64,000 nucleotides of DNA from a virus (IMGVR_UViG_3300035180_002599:1-64000); one strand, 5' to 3'. Shown: positions 37,586 through 48,592, numbered from the stretch's first letter. Notes: generated by a model not told the origin, from the letters alone. Numbers and translations: made by a program.

Positions 37586-38353
37586 ATGAAATTTAGCGAA
37601 TTTGAATCTACACTAAACCTTCTAGAAAAAATCAAGGTAGATAATGGTTCTTTGGTATTTGATTACAAAGATAAAGGTAAAGGTGTAAGCAAAACATCTA
37701 TAGGTACTAGTTTTGGAAAATCCAAACTAAAACCTTATGCAAAATCAGACTCCATATTGAACGGCAAAACTGTGTTTAGTGTATATCAATCTTCAGGAGC
37801 TACTGAGATAATGGCTGCACTGAAAGGTAAAAATGATATAAATGTAGATTCTGAAGATTATGTTCATTTTATAAATCGAACGGCAATTTATCTTTATAAA
37901 GTTCTACAAGATAAAAAAATTGACATAATTATGTCGCCTAAATCTAGTTCGCCTTTGGTTGATGATTTATTAGATGCAGTAAAAGAAAGATTGCCCCATA
38001 TAATAACATATAAAGCTGTATTTGAAAAAATTCCTAAAGAAGCTATAAAAGATGTTTATATGGAAGATGATCCAAGGGTTACTGATAAAATTAGAAAATC
38101 TTTTGAAGCTATTAAGAAAGCCGCAATTAAAAAGGGATATTTTGCAATGGTTAAAATAGATCCGCCGTTTCGTAGATTTGTTAGAGGTTTTTTTCAAGAA
38201 ATTGACCCAAAAATCGTAGCTAAGTGTGAAGATAAAAATGTAGCTTTATTAGATGATGTTATAGCTTCAGGTACAACTATTTCAGAAATGATGAGAATGA
38301 TAGGGGCGGCAGGAGCTAAAGATGTCATGGGTATTACTATTTTTAAATCTTAA
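37586..38353 (+). CDS. Phosphoribosyltransferase-fold protein
   Basis: PRPP-binding loop ALLDDVIASGTT; PKSSS. Confidence 0.75.
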   Translation: MKFSEFESTLNLLEKIKVDNGSLVFDYKDKGKGVSKTSIGTSFGKSKLKPYAKSDSILNGKTVFSVYQSSGATEIMAALKGKNDINVDSEDYVHFINRTAIYLYKVLQDKKIDIIMSPKSSSPLVDDLLDAVKERLPHIITYKAVFEKIPKEAIKDVYMEDDPRVTDKIRKSFEAIKKAAIKKGYFAMVKIDPPFRRFVRGFFQEIDPKIVAKCEDKNVALLDDVIASGTTISEMMRMIGAAGAKDVMGITIFKS

Positions 38354-38362
38354 AGGGTTTAA

Positions 38363-38614
38363 ATGCTTTTTAATATAAAATTATCACCATTAACGGACAA
38401 ATATTATTTCTCTACAGAAAATTATGAAATAGAAGCTAAAAATAAAAAAGAAGCTTTTAAAATAATTAATAAAGATTCTAGAGTTAAACATTTATTGGAT
38501 AATGAGTTTGCAGAAGTTTCTATCACCAAAAAAAGTTTATCTTTTGGTGATATTTTATTGAAGAAATATGGATCCGAAATAAAATTTAGAGATTTATTAT
38601 TCAGTGTCAATTGA
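38363..38614 (+). CDS. Hypothetical protein
   Basis: ORF following the PRTase gene. Confidence 0.5.
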   Translation: MLFNIKLSPLTDKYYFSTENYEIEAKNKKEAFKIINKDSRVKHLLDNEFAEVSITKKSLSFGDILLKKYGSEIKFRDLLFSVN

Positions 38615-39040
38615 AAATTTTCTTTTCATATATCTAATAGCAGGCAATAATCCTTCTTCTCCCTCTGCTTCTAAATTCCTCATAGCTTCCAAAGTTTTTT
38701 GTTTTTGAATATCATCCAGTTTATTAAATAATTCATCATATTCATCTTGTAGAGATCTAGAAGCTTTGCTAGATTGTTTCAAGTATTTGAGCCACAATTT
38801 TGAAAGCTCCACAGTTGCGGCTGTTTTGGAATGAAATGGTTCAGTTTCATATTCTCCAGTATAATATTTGTCTTTGAAAATTCTACCTACGTACATACCT
38901 TGATCGTCTTTAAATATTTCAGCGTTTATTTGTTTATTGTTGTTAAACACATCAAATACTTCTTGATTGGTGATAAATTTATTTTTCTTAATAGTTAAAC
39001 TAACCTCGGGATTTACCTTTACAAAGTCACTAAAATTCAT
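38597..39040 (-). CDS. Hypothetical protein, paralog of 39040..39474
   Basis: MNFSDFV start; shares the K.D.G.Y.G.I...Y.G and L.(D/N)EY..L...LD pattern. Confidence 0.65.
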   Translation of the reverse strand: MNFSDFVKVNPEVSLTIKKNKFITNQEVFDVFNNNKQINAEIFKDDQGMYVGRIFKDKYYTGEYETEPFHSKTAATVELSKLWLKYLKQSSKASRSLQDEYDELFNKLDDIQKQKTLEAMRNLEAEGEEGLLPAIRYMKRKFSIDTE

Positions 39041-39474
39041 TATTCTTCCTTTTTTATTTTTATTAAATTTTGCTTAATATAATCTATTGCTTTTTGTAAT
39101 GCAACATTATCTTCAGTTTTCAGAGATTTTAAAAATTCATTAGCTTTAGTTTTATCATCAGAATCCAATAATTTTATCAAATCAGCATATTCATTTTTAA
39201 GCGTATCAGTTTTATCTACATAATCATTTAATGAATCTTTGTATTTTTTATACAAAGATTTTGTTTTTATTAATGCAGAAGAGATTGACATTTCTTCATC
39301 CGTAGATTTTTTTCCAGAATAGTGAGGATTAGCTATAATTGAACCTTTAAAATAAGTCCCTTTATCATCTGTTTTCTTTACAATCTTTCCTACTTCTTCA
39401 TCTCCATCAAATAAAGTAATTCCAGAATCTGTTTCTATGACTGATAAACTTTCTAAAAATAATGAAAATTTCAC
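39040..39474 (-). CDS. Hypothetical late protein
   Basis: GTG start, MKFSLFLE; late promoter at 39517-39524. Confidence 0.65.
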   Translation of the reverse strand: MKFSLFLESLSVIETDSGITLFDGDEEVGKIVKKTDDKGTYFKGSIIANPHYSGKKSTDEEMSISSALIKTKSLYKKYKDSLNDYVDKTDTLKNEYADLIKLLDSDDKTKANEFLKSLKTEDNVALQKAIDYIKQNLIKIKKEE

Positions 39475-39546
39475 GATTCTTCCTTAATGTTATTTTTATG
39501 CAAGTTGTGTTATAATTATTTATAAGAAATATAACTAAGGAAAAAT

Positions 39547-39756
39547 ATGAGCTTCAAAATCATAGATGAAGATATTGTAATTACTAAAACACTAATACAT
39601 GAATTAATGAATGAAGTGGGAACTAAAACTGGATTTGATTATATGCCGTATAATGAAGATGAAAATTGTTTAGGAAACCTAAAAGGTTTCATTTATTCAT
39701 TAGTAGATAGCGCTTATAATAAAGGATATCTACAAGGGGTGTCTGAATGCGATTAA
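39547..39756 (+). CDS. Hypothetical protein
   Basis: Promoter and RBS. Confidence 0.55.
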   Translation: MSFKIIDEDIVITKTLIHELMNEVGTKTGFDYMPYNEDENCLGNLKGFIYSLVDSAYNKGYLQGVSECD

Positions 39757-39941
39757 TTATATTACTAGTTTTAGTTACTAATATATATGCAACAGAAATT
39801 TGTATTGTTCCTGCTCCTGTAGGAACATTTACTACTCATGCTGATAATCATAGCAACGTTATTCAAACTATAAAATATGAAAACTGTCTGACTAGAAAAA
39901 AACTAGATGAAGTTTTAAAAGCATTAAATAAACACAAATAA
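39747..39941 (+). CDS. Small secreted hypothetical protein
   Basis: Signal-peptide-like start. Confidence 0.45.
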   Translation: MRLIILLVLVTNIYATEICIVPAPVGTFTTHADNHSNVIQTIKYENCLTRKKLDEVLKALNKHK

Positions 39942-40122
39942 TAAAGGATTTTTATGTTAGTATTACATGGTATGGTTTTTTCTGGGACTCAGATATCATT
40001 AATAATGATAGCAATTTTTATAATTATGCTCATACCTTATTTAGATAATTAAAAACATTAATATTCTTTTAATTTTTTTCTGATATAATTATTGTATCAA
40101 AAGAAAGAAAGAAGGATTTATT

Positions 40123-40374
40123 ATGTCAACAGGATTAAAAGTTACATTAGTTGCGGTTATTGCATTGTTAGTAGCTGGATGGGCAGATGCCCCATTAACA
40201 CAAACTAAACCGGAATATAGGGTTGTTTGTGTTAATCCAGAAGTGGATGACCGTTGCGAAATTTTGAATTCTAATGATATTAAAGTTGATGAAGTAAATT
40301 TTGAAATTGCTTCTGAAAACAATATGATGTCCGATGAATCTCAAGTTAAATTGTGGGTAGAAGGTAAAAAATAA
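40123..40374 (+). CDS. Small membrane-anchored hypothetical protein
   Basis: Promoter cassette; hydrophobic N-terminus. Confidence 0.6.
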   Translation: MSTGLKVTLVAVIALLVAGWADAPLTQTKPEYRVVCVNPEVDDRCEILNSNDIKVDEVNFEIASENNMMSDESQVKLWVEGKK

Positions 40375-40802
40375 TGTATTGTCCGCCTATTGGTGGCACT
40401 ATACCCAAATGGGAACATGCTTCAGATGTTTCTATAACAATAACATTAAAAAGGAAAAAGTTCATCAGTAATGATTTACTCAGTTCAGATAAAGATTATA
40501 AACCAAATAATGAATTTTATTTTTTAAAAGATGATTTAATATCAATTGGATATTTTGAAAAAACTAAAATGGGAAATTTTTATTTGACTTCGGAGAAATA
40601 TGATTCATTAATGATTATGTATCCATCAATAGAGGAAGAATTCAGTTCAGTAACGTTTCAAAGTAATAAAACCGTTAATTATGTTTCTACTAGTTATGCT
40701 AAATTGGCTACGTTTTTGTATGTGAATAAGATTTTGTGTAATAATATAAATGAAGAAATAGTAGATATGTATTTAAAGGAGCACCCTGAAGTGCTCCTTT
40801 AA
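40374..40802 (+). CDS. Hypothetical protein ending HPEVLL
   Basis: Coupled start. Confidence 0.6.
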   Translation: MYCPPIGGTIPKWEHASDVSITITLKRKKFISNDLLSSDKDYKPNNEFYFLKDDLISIGYFEKTKMGNFYLTSEKYDSLMIMYPSIEEEFSSVTFQSNKTVNYVSTSYAKLATFLYVNKILCNNINEEIVDMYLKEHPEVLL

Positions 40803-40903
40803 ATTATTTTTATGGCTTTTAGCAGATTGGTTATATTGATTACTTTTAATATTTAATGTGTATTCATTTTTAATGAAATAAAAATATCATTAAAAATAAT
40901 TAC

Positions 40904-40930
40904 TTTAAAGGGCTGAGCCCTTTAAAATTT
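40904..40930. terminator. Terminator hairpin between convergent genes
   Basis: TTTAAAGGGC-tga-GCCCTTTAAA. Confidence 0.6.
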
Positions 40931-40945
40931 ATTTTAGATCAACGC

Positions 40946-43236
40946 TTATGCGAAGATCTCTTTAAAATCTACTCCTGTACCCACTGCTATAAAGTTTAGT
41001 ACTAAAAACTCTGCGGTTCTTGCTGGTTTAATAGCAATGTCTGCAATGAATTGATTAGAATCAATAACATAAGGAGTATTGTTTGTTTCATCACAACGAA
41101 CGTAGAAGTCGAAAATACCTCTGTTTGCTTTGATGTTTCTCAAATATGGTTCGATTGTAGATTTGAATCTAGCACGGGTATAAACATCATTGTTTTTGAA
41201 AACATAATATTTTGCCATACGAGAAATTGCTCTTTCCATTTGATTGAAAAGACCTCTAACGTTAATCCGGTCAACATTTATTTTCACAAAATTCGTTACA
41301 TTTTGTCGTTATTTGCGAGGACAAATAACTGCTTAATATTTCTATTAAGGGAAGACTATATCACCACTTTTTAATTCAAATTTGGTAGGGAATTAAAAAG
41401 GCTCACCACTTCGGATTCACTTGAATCCTACTCTACTAAGGCATTACCCGTTCGATAGTCGTTGGACCTTCACCTATACGGTGCTTGGATGCTGATTGTC
41501 CAATACTAATAATTTTTAAACATTCACGCTTACCTTTTCAAGTTACGTTGTAGTTTATTAGTCTCTAAGGATTTTCCAGCAGTTCAATGAGTTTTATGTG
41601 CGCCTGAACCGTTTAACGTTTTTATTTATTAAAAAAAGATTCCAACAAATCCATTATTTCTTACCTTGGAATATATCTCAAATTGTTTATTATGTATGTG
41701 GGTATGTTGTCTTGGAACCCGTCATACACTATGGTTTTTGTTGCTTATGTTAAATATTCTTTACCGACTAATATTACTTTACGCTGCTTTAAAATGATCG
41801 TAGTTTGTGTCCCAACCATAAAATTCTTTATTACCGATAACATATTCACCTACCACAATGTTTATGTTATTTATTAATGCAAAACCAATATTTTTTGACG
41901 CACTTGGTTTGCTTTGCAATGTTTTTTGACCCCAAACTACTGTACCTTGACCGTTAAAAGAAACGATTGGGTTAATCATGTTTTTGTATAAGATATCTCT
42001 CATACCTTGATTAGGATTGATTGCCAATTTGATACAATTTCTTAAAGAACCATTATCAATACCTGCAGATGCGTCCCATGTGTTCAATGCAGTGTTTGCT
42101 AAAGCTCTAAGACCCGCAACGTCACCAGCAATGTTAACCCACATATATTCATCTAACTCTGTTGAGTATTGATATTTGTAGTTTCCGAAATATGCATTAT
42201 ATTTACCAATAGCATCACCGATATTGAGATCTACAGTTACGTACTGAACCATGTTTTCTACAGCAATTGAAGGTTTAATACCAACAACATCATCTCTCAA
42301 TGCACCTAAAAACCCGATACAATCTTTTCTTTGTCCACATAATGTAGCAACTTCACGATGCGCTTTTTCATTAGCAATAACAATATCAATATCTAAGTCT
42401 TCAATGTTAGCGAAAACGTCATATGCTAATCCATATTTTCCAGTCAAATCTCCATTAGCACCTTGTGTAAGAACTAAGTCTTTGATTACTGCATTTACAT
42501 CAGTTACTGGGTATGTCAATGATACGTTGTCTTTTACATAAATGTAAGAACTTGCACGATTGATTACTTTCTCAATATACAATGATTTCCCATTTTTTGA
42601 ATCTAATGCTGTTGGATTTACAGATACTATGAATCGCTCTACAATAGTTGTTCCATCCATAACTACTACAACAATTTCGCCATTAGTTTGGTCAATATTT
42701 TGTTGGAAAAGATCACCTAAAACTATACCTGAATTTGGATATAATTCTTGTCCTTTTTTGCTCAATGCAGCTTCATTCGCTACTATAACACGAATGTTGT
42801 TTCCCCAAGTTCCTGGAGTTCTAGCAAAAAATTTAAATTTAGATGTAGCAACGTCTACAAATGGGTATGATGTTTCTGATAACTCATAATCTTCGTCATT
42901 CATTACTAAATTTGGAACCGCAGTCAAAATTGTAGCACCATCAGAAGCTAATTCCCCAACTGCATTTTTCATAGCTTGTTCATCGCCTACACGAGAAACA
43001 TAACATTTGTCTGCATATTGTAAAAAGTTATAAACCTGATACCAGTCATTATAATTGCTAGAATTTGGTTTACCAAAATAAAGTTTAAGATCGTCTACAT
43101 TTGTGATTAACACATATTGATTTAACGGACCTTTAACAAACTCACCGCTGAATGCCCCAATAGCAGTGCTAACTGTAGGTACTATGATGCTTAAGTCAAT
43201 TTCATTAACTTGTACACCAGCCGATAATTGTGCCAT
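40946..43236 (-). CDS. gp18: Tail sheath protein, split by a group I intron (exon 1 43236-41898, exon 2 41274-40946; 555 aa spliced)
   Basis: LSAGVQVNEIDLS..FGKP; WGQKTLQSKPSA|FDRINVRGLF restored on splicing; CDETNNTP..IDSNQF. Confidence 0.92.
41275..41897 (-). mobile_element. Group I self-splicing intron (623 nt) in the tail sheath gene, without an intact homing endonuclease
   Basis: 5' exon ends in U and the intron ends in G; IGS GCGCAC pairs with exon GUGCGU (U.G at the splice site); P AACUGCUGGAAA, Q AAUCAGCAUCC, R GUCCAACGACUA, S GAUAUAGUCU; splicing restores the frame. Confidence 0.9.
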
Positions 43237-43318
43237 ATAATCTCCTTTAATCTCCGAGTGAAATAATTGATTATTTAGTTTTTCGACTTTCCCGGTCGTA
43301 GTAATAATCTTTCTTTAT

Positions 43319-43894
43319 TTATGTTTCAGAAGAAGAAGTAGTAATAATATCTGTAGGTTTGTTGTTCAAATCAAATACGGCATCCGCTCTAACTATAGCT
43401 TGAGGATTTGAACTAATTAATTGACCATTGAACTCAATATCCATATAATCATATTTTAAAGCTAAGTCCAAAACTAATACATTATTATCATTTGAACTAG
43501 AATAATTCAAGTCACCAATATTTAATATTTTTGAGTTTCTATACCATACTTTTAGCAATGTATTACCTTGAGAATCTGTAATTAAAATAAACGAATCTCC
43601 TTCATTTTTAGAGAAATTAGCATCGGGAACAGTAACCATACTGAACGCTTTAGCCATTAATTTTAACCAAATTGAAAAGCTTTCATCTAATAATATAGTC
43701 AATTGTAAATCATTGAATGTTATTTGATCTGAAGTATTGTTTAAATAAGCCCCAGTTCTAGATGGAATCTGAGGATGAGAAAAATCTATCCCAGGCAAAT
43801 TTACGTTCTGTACATTATAAACAATTTCATCATCAAACAAAGTACTTCCAAAATATATAGAAGTATCTAGTGCAAAATTTTTAGATCCAAACAT
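43319..43894 (-). CDS. gp3: Tail completion / sheath stabiliser (T4 gp3-like)
   Basis: VQNVNLPGI..ITFNDLQLTILLDE; adjacent to the sheath gene. Confidence 0.65.
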   Translation of the reverse strand: MFGSKNFALDTSIYFGSTLFDDEIVYNVQNVNLPGIDFSHPQIPSRTGAYLNNTSDQITFNDLQLTILLDESFSIWLKLMAKAFSMVTVPDANFSKNEGDSFILITDSQGNTLLKVWYRNSKILNIGDLNYSSSNDNNVLVLDLALKYDYMDIEFNGQLISSNPQAIVRADAVFDLNNKPTDIITTSSSET

Positions 43895-43971
43895 AATTCA
43901 TTCCTTTAAAGTGGTTTTAAGTATACTTGTGATATAATATTTATTGTTTAAAACAATAAGGAATAGTTATA

Positions 43972-44844
43972 ATGGCAACGAATTATGTCGATAAAGATGA
44001 AATTACTGCCGAAATAATTAATATTCAGCTAAGAGAGAAGATAAGACAGGTAAACAAGAGTATTGAAGAAGTCGGAGCGATTTTAAAAAAAACACCTGAA
44101 CATGAACCCAATTGGGAACTTAGAGAGAAATATGAAAAATTATTGGCCGAACAAAAAGCACTAATAGAAAAGGGTGCGGACCCAGAATATAGTAGGCAAA
44201 AATTTGGAGAAATTGTATTACTGATTAATGAAAATTTATTGAAAAAACCTTGTTTTAGGAATTATTCAGAAAATTGGACAGAAGATTTTAAAAGTAATGC
44301 AATTTATAAGATATTCAAATATATAAACAATTTTGACCCCGAAAAAATAAGTAAAGTTACTGGACGCAAAATCAGTTCTTTCGCTTATTTGACTCAAATT
44401 ACATATATGGCTTTTGTTGAAGTAATAAACAAAAGGAAAAAAGATAACTCTGATTTAATGGATAATATGATTCCATTACAAGATTTAAAACCTGAACATT
44501 TTGGATATAGTAAATTTGAGAGATCCAGCTCTTATTACCCAAATGAAGAAGATGAGCGAACATATTTTATAATTGACAATGTGAAAACTTCTTTATATGA
44601 CCAATTAAAAATTATAAGAGAAACTAATGACGCTGTTCATGTTACATACCCAGCAAACTACTCATTAAGTATAGATGAATTTACCTTAATAGATTCATTG
44701 AAATTTGATAAGCTGACTTTAATCAAACAAAAAGAAGCTGAAGAATGTTTTAACTCTTCAGATGATGAAGATACTTGTTTTGCATTCGCAGATGAGGAAT
44801 TTGAGGACTGGGGAGAGTGGTCTGAAAAGGATGCTAATGATTGA
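43972..44844 (+). CDS. gp55: Late-transcription sigma factor (T4 gp55-like)
   Basis: NYVDK, FRNYSENW, YINNFDPEK and FAYLTQI motifs; precedes gp47-gp46. Confidence 0.85.
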   Translation: MATNYVDKDEITAEIINIQLREKIRQVNKSIEEVGAILKKTPEHEPNWELREKYEKLLAEQKALIEKGADPEYSRQKFGEIVLLINENLLKKPCFRNYSENWTEDFKSNAIYKIFKYINNFDPEKISKVTGRKISSFAYLTQITYMAFVEVINKRKKDNSDLMDNMIPLQDLKPEHFGYSKFERSSSYYPNEEDERTYFIIDNVKTSLYDQLKIIRETNDAVHVTYPANYSLSIDEFTLIDSLKFDKLTLIKQKEAEECFNSSDDEDTCFAFADEEFEDWGEWSEKDAND

Positions 44845-45961
44845 TTTAACTTTTTCTGGAAAACAAATTATCTTAGGGGATTGTCATTTCGGAAAAGGGA
44901 AATTTTCTCAAGCGTTATTTGAATCTCAAATGGATTTTTTTGAAAAACAATTATTTCCATATATGAAAGCTAATAATATTGATACCATAATCCAATTAGG
45001 TGACTTTTTTGATAACAGAAAAAATATGGATATCAATTTTTTCAATCAGTTAGTTGATAGATTTTTTAATAAAATGAAGTCGGAAAATTTTAAAATGATA
45101 GAGATCTTGGGCAATCATGATATTTATTTTAAAAATACCCGAGATGTCAATATGATTAAAATGTTGGAAATGATGTTTCCAAGTAATCTTAGAGTAATAT
45201 CTGAGAGAGAATATGCTTATATTAATGAGAAAAAATGTTATTTTGTTCCTTGGATATTAGATCATGAGACTTTGAAAGCTTCTGAGCTAAAAGGAGTTGA
45301 ATATCTGTTTGGTCATTTTGAGATTAAAAACTTTCAAATGACCAAAGGACATTTTGATGAACATTCTACATTAACTCAAGATTTTTTTAAGAAATCAAAA
45401 ATTAAAAGAGTATTTAGCGGACATTATCATCTAGTAGATCATAAAGCAAACATTTCATATGTAGGTACACCATTTCCTTTAGATTGGGGAGATTTTGATG
45501 ACTTTAAATTCTTTTATGTCATAGATACCGAAAATGAAACTTTAGATCGTATTTACAATGAAGAATCTAAAAAATATGTAAAAATAAAATATAATTCAGA
45601 TTGTAAAGATGGATGTATTGAGATACATGGGTTAGAACCTGAAAGAGGTTTTTATTCAAAGGTTGATGATATTAATACTTCAGAATTGAAAAAACATTAT
45701 CTAAAAGCATATATTAATAAAAAAGATGAAACTAAATATCATGAAGAGGTTATGTTTTTGCTTAGAGAAAAAGGTTGTGAATTTACAGTAACGGATAATC
45801 AAGAAATAAGTAACCTTATAGGAACTGATTACATAGCTGAAGAACATCTTGAAGATCATTCAAGCACTAAAGAAATTATTTTGAAAACTATTAAATCAGA
45901 AGCACCTGAATTGCTTGAATTAGTTAATGAATTATTGAATGAAATTGTAATAGAAGATTAA
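44837..45961 (+). CDS. gp47: Recombination endonuclease subunit (Mre11/SbcD-like)
   Basis: GDCHFG, LGDFFDNR, GNHD, GHFE and SGHYH motifs. Confidence 0.9.
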   Translation: MIDLTFSGKQIILGDCHFGKGKFSQALFESQMDFFEKQLFPYMKANNIDTIIQLGDFFDNRKNMDINFFNQLVDRFFNKMKSENFKMIEILGNHDIYFKNTRDVNMIKMLEMMFPSNLRVISEREYAYINEKKCYFVPWILDHETLKASELKGVEYLFGHFEIKNFQMTKGHFDEHSTLTQDFFKKSKIKRVFSGHYHLVDHKANISYVGTPFPLDWGDFDDFKFFYVIDTENETLDRIYNEESKKYVKIKYNSDCKDGCIEIHGLEPERGFYSKVDDINTSELKKHYLKAYINKKDETKYHEEVMFLLREKGCEFTVTDNQEISNLIGTDYIAEEHLEDHSSTKEIILKTIKSEAPELLELVNELLNEIVIED

Positions 45962-45969
45962 GGAGTTTA

Positions 45970-47709
45970 ATGTTTATTAGGTTTAAACGATTAGCATTTA
46001 AAAATGTGTTATCTTATGGTAACATAATGTCCGAATTTAATTTTAAAACGGGAATAGATATAATAACGGCATCTAATGGAAATGGAAAATCTTCCATTAT
46101 AGATGCATTGACTTATAATTTATTTGGAAAACCTTATAGAAAAATAAAATTGGGAAATCTAATCAATAACAAAAATGGAAAAGAGCTTTACACAGAGCTA
46201 GAATTTGATGTAGATGATATTTCATACAAAATAGTAAGAGGTATGCGCCCTAACATTTTTGAAATAAGTACGTTTATAGACGGTGAATATAAATTAATAA
46301 ATCAAGACAGTACATCTAAAGATTATCAAAATATATTAGAGAATGAGATTTTGATGATTAATGAAACTGTATTTAGACAACTTATTGTTTTGGGTGCTAA
46401 TGTTAGTAACTCTAGAAATTTTATGGATTTAAATCCTACAGAAAAAGAAGAAGTATTTCAAGTAGTAACTGATACATCATTATTTAAACATCTGAATGAT
46501 ATTATAAAAAGCAAAAGAAATGAATTAAAAACAATACTTACTGAGCACAATTATCAATTTGATATCTTATCTAGCACTATAGAATCTGAAAGACAAACTG
46601 TAGTATCCATGCAAAAACAAAACGCTTTTTTACAACAAAACAAAGACAACCGTATAAACGAAATGAAAAAATTCATTGAAGAGGGTAAACTTAAGCTTTT
46701 GGATTATGATAAAGCTATTGAAAAACTAAAAGAGTTAAAATCCAAGTATGATGATTACATGTCCGATTTAGAGTTAGTAAAAACCGATATTAAAAATCTT
46801 AAAGATGAATCCGCGTTAGTAACTGGTAAAAAAATAGCTTTTGAACATATGAAAGAAGCTAGTATAATTTGTGACAGATGTGAGCATGAAATTCTTCCAG
46901 AAGGATATGATGATGTAGAATATCAAGAGGCTTTAAAAAGATTAGATATAATTAATGAGTCGTTGAAGAAAAAACAAGAAGTTTATGTTTCATTGATTGA
47001 AAAAACAGATTCTTTGAAAGAGAAATTATTAAACAGCAAACGAATTACTCAAAATAGATCTGAGTTAATATCTTCTTTAGAAAAAAAAGAAAATGAATTA
47101 AAAGATATAGAAACTTGGGAAATTGTAGAGATTGATACTTCTTCTATAGAGGCTAAAGAGAAAGAACTAACAAAAGTCAAATCCATTATATCTGATGCAG
47201 AAAATAAACACGCTGCCTTAAATCAATTGATGAAGTTAATTGGTGGAGACAATTTGAAAGGATATATTTTATCTAAGCAAATTCCATTATTGAACAAATA
47301 CATTAATGGTTTCATTGAGAAATTTAGTGATTTTAATTTCAATTTTGTAATAGATAACAATTTTAAAGAACAATTTATTTCTCGTAATGAATCCCAAGAG
47401 TTTCATTCTTTCTCAAATGGACAAAAACAAAGATTTACTTTTGCTATTTTGTTTGCTTTTCTAAAACTTATTGAAGAACGATCTGGTGTTAGTACGAATT
47501 TATTAGCTATGGATGAAATTTTGGATTCTAGTGCAGATAGCTCTGGAAGATCTGAATTGCTTGATATTTTGTATAATAATTTCTCAGATAAAAAGAATAT
47601 CATTATAATATCACATCAACCAGAAATACGCGAAAGAACAGAAATCATAAATAGAACCTTTGAAGTTCACAATAATGGTTTTTCAAAGTTGGTTGAAGTA
47701 ACTTCTTAA
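45970..47709 (+). CDS. gp46: Recombination ATPase subunit (Rad50/SbcC-like)
   Basis: FKNVLSYGN, NGNGKSS, CxxC hook, FSNGQ and MDEILD motifs. Confidence 0.92.
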   Translation: MFIRFKRLAFKNVLSYGNIMSEFNFKTGIDIITASNGNGKSSIIDALTYNLFGKPYRKIKLGNLINNKNGKELYTELEFDVDDISYKIVRGMRPNIFEISTFIDGEYKLINQDSTSKDYQNILENEILMINETVFRQLIVLGANVSNSRNFMDLNPTEKEEVFQVVTDTSLFKHLNDIIKSKRNELKTILTEHNYQFDILSSTIESERQTVVSMQKQNAFLQQNKDNRINEMKKFIEEGKLKLLDYDKAIEKLKELKSKYDDYMSDLELVKTDIKNLKDESALVTGKKIAFEHMKEASIICDRCEHEILPEGYDDVEYQEALKRLDIINESLKKKQEVYVSLIEKTDSLKEKLLNSKRITQNRSELISSLEKKENELKDIETWEIVEIDTSSIEAKEKELTKVKSIISDAENKHAALNQLMKLIGGDNLKGYILSKQIPLLNKYINGFIEKFSDFNFNFVIDNNFKEQFISRNESQEFHSFSNGQKQRFTFAILFAFLKLIEERSGVSTNLLAMDEILDSSADSSGRSELLDILYNNFSDKKNIIIISHQPEIRERTEIINRTFEVHNNGFSKLVEVTS

Positions 47710-47758
47710 TAAGTTTATAAGATTAATTATGATATAATAAAACAATTAAAGGAACTGC

Positions 47759-48019
47759 ATGAAGAAGATTAACCCCTCTAATGATAGTACCTCATTGCTT
47801 AATGATATATGGCGCCTGAAAGAAGAATTGAATGATCCTAATTTGTCAATGTTGGACATCATAACAGAATATATTGAAAGACACAATTTAGACCCAGATG
47901 ATATTGGGGAAATTTTAGCACAAAATAAAAACTTTGTAAAAATATTAGAAAATGAATTGATAAAAGCTAAAGTTTTTAAATCAAAAAAAGAAATAAATTC
48001 TTTTGATTGTTGGGAGTAA
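47759..48019 (+). CDS. gp33: Late-transcription coactivator (T4 gp33-like)
   Basis: LSMLDIITEYIERHNLDPDD helical pattern, size and context. Confidence 0.55.
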   Translation: MKKINPSNDSTSLLNDIWRLKEELNDPNLSMLDIITEYIERHNLDPDDIGEILAQNKNFVKILENELIKAKVFKSKKEINSFDCWE

Positions 48020-48022
48020 ATT

Positions 48023-48592
48023 ATGCTTCATTATAATAATCAATATGATATAGCTAATGGAATATTTTTGACATTTGATAAGAATTTAGCTAATAGAAAA
48101 ATGACTTCTAATCACTCTATTCAAGTAAGAGAAAAAACAAAAAGCTCATTTCCTTATATGAAATATAGTGACTGGACCAAAGAGCGATTTGCTATTTCTA
48201 TTATTTACTTGATGTATAAGAAAAAACCTCCATCTTTTAAAAACTTAATACAAATGCTTTATGATTTAGATGAAAAAGAAGTTAAAAAATTCAAAGCTGA
48301 AATTATAAATTATGAAGTACTTGTTTCTAGAGATGTTGAATTTTTAGTACAAAAGTATGGATCCAAACCTTCAGAAGAAGATATGTTTTTTGAATATTCT
48401 TTAGGAAACATTAAATTTTACACATTATGGTTTTATTTGAAAAAAATAAATGCTGATATAGATAATATTATGAATTCTCGTATAAAAGGAGTCATCATAA
48501 GAAGAATCAAAACTTTATTGTTATTTGTTTCATTCAGCGAAGAGAAGCTTAAAAAAATTGATATTTTATTAAAAGAGAGGTTAGACATTTGA
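48023..48592 (+). CDS. Hypothetical protein, possibly a gp59-like helicase loader
   Basis: Position after the gp33-like gene; only weak sequence resemblance. Confidence 0.4.
   Translation: MLHYNNQYDIANGIFLTFDKNLANRKMTSNHSIQVREKTKSSFPYMKYSDWTKERFAISIIYLMYKKKPPSFKNLIQMLYDLDEKEVKKFKAEIINYEVLVSRDVEFLVQKYGSKPSEEDMFFEYSLGNIKFYTLWFYLKKINADIDNIMNSRIKGVIIRRIKTLLLFVSFSEEKLKKIDILLKERLDI

Noticed and set aside
37586-38353. PRTase as the Adps enzyme of NARP1
   Set aside because: It lacks recognisable PRPP-synthetase architecture and is not adjacent to the NAMPT gene; the nadV plus NMNAT pair fits NARP2.
41779-41897. C-terminal 39 aa of the 485-aa sheath ORF, and the GTG start of 40946..41287 as a separate gene
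   Set aside because: Both are read-through into or out of the group I intron.
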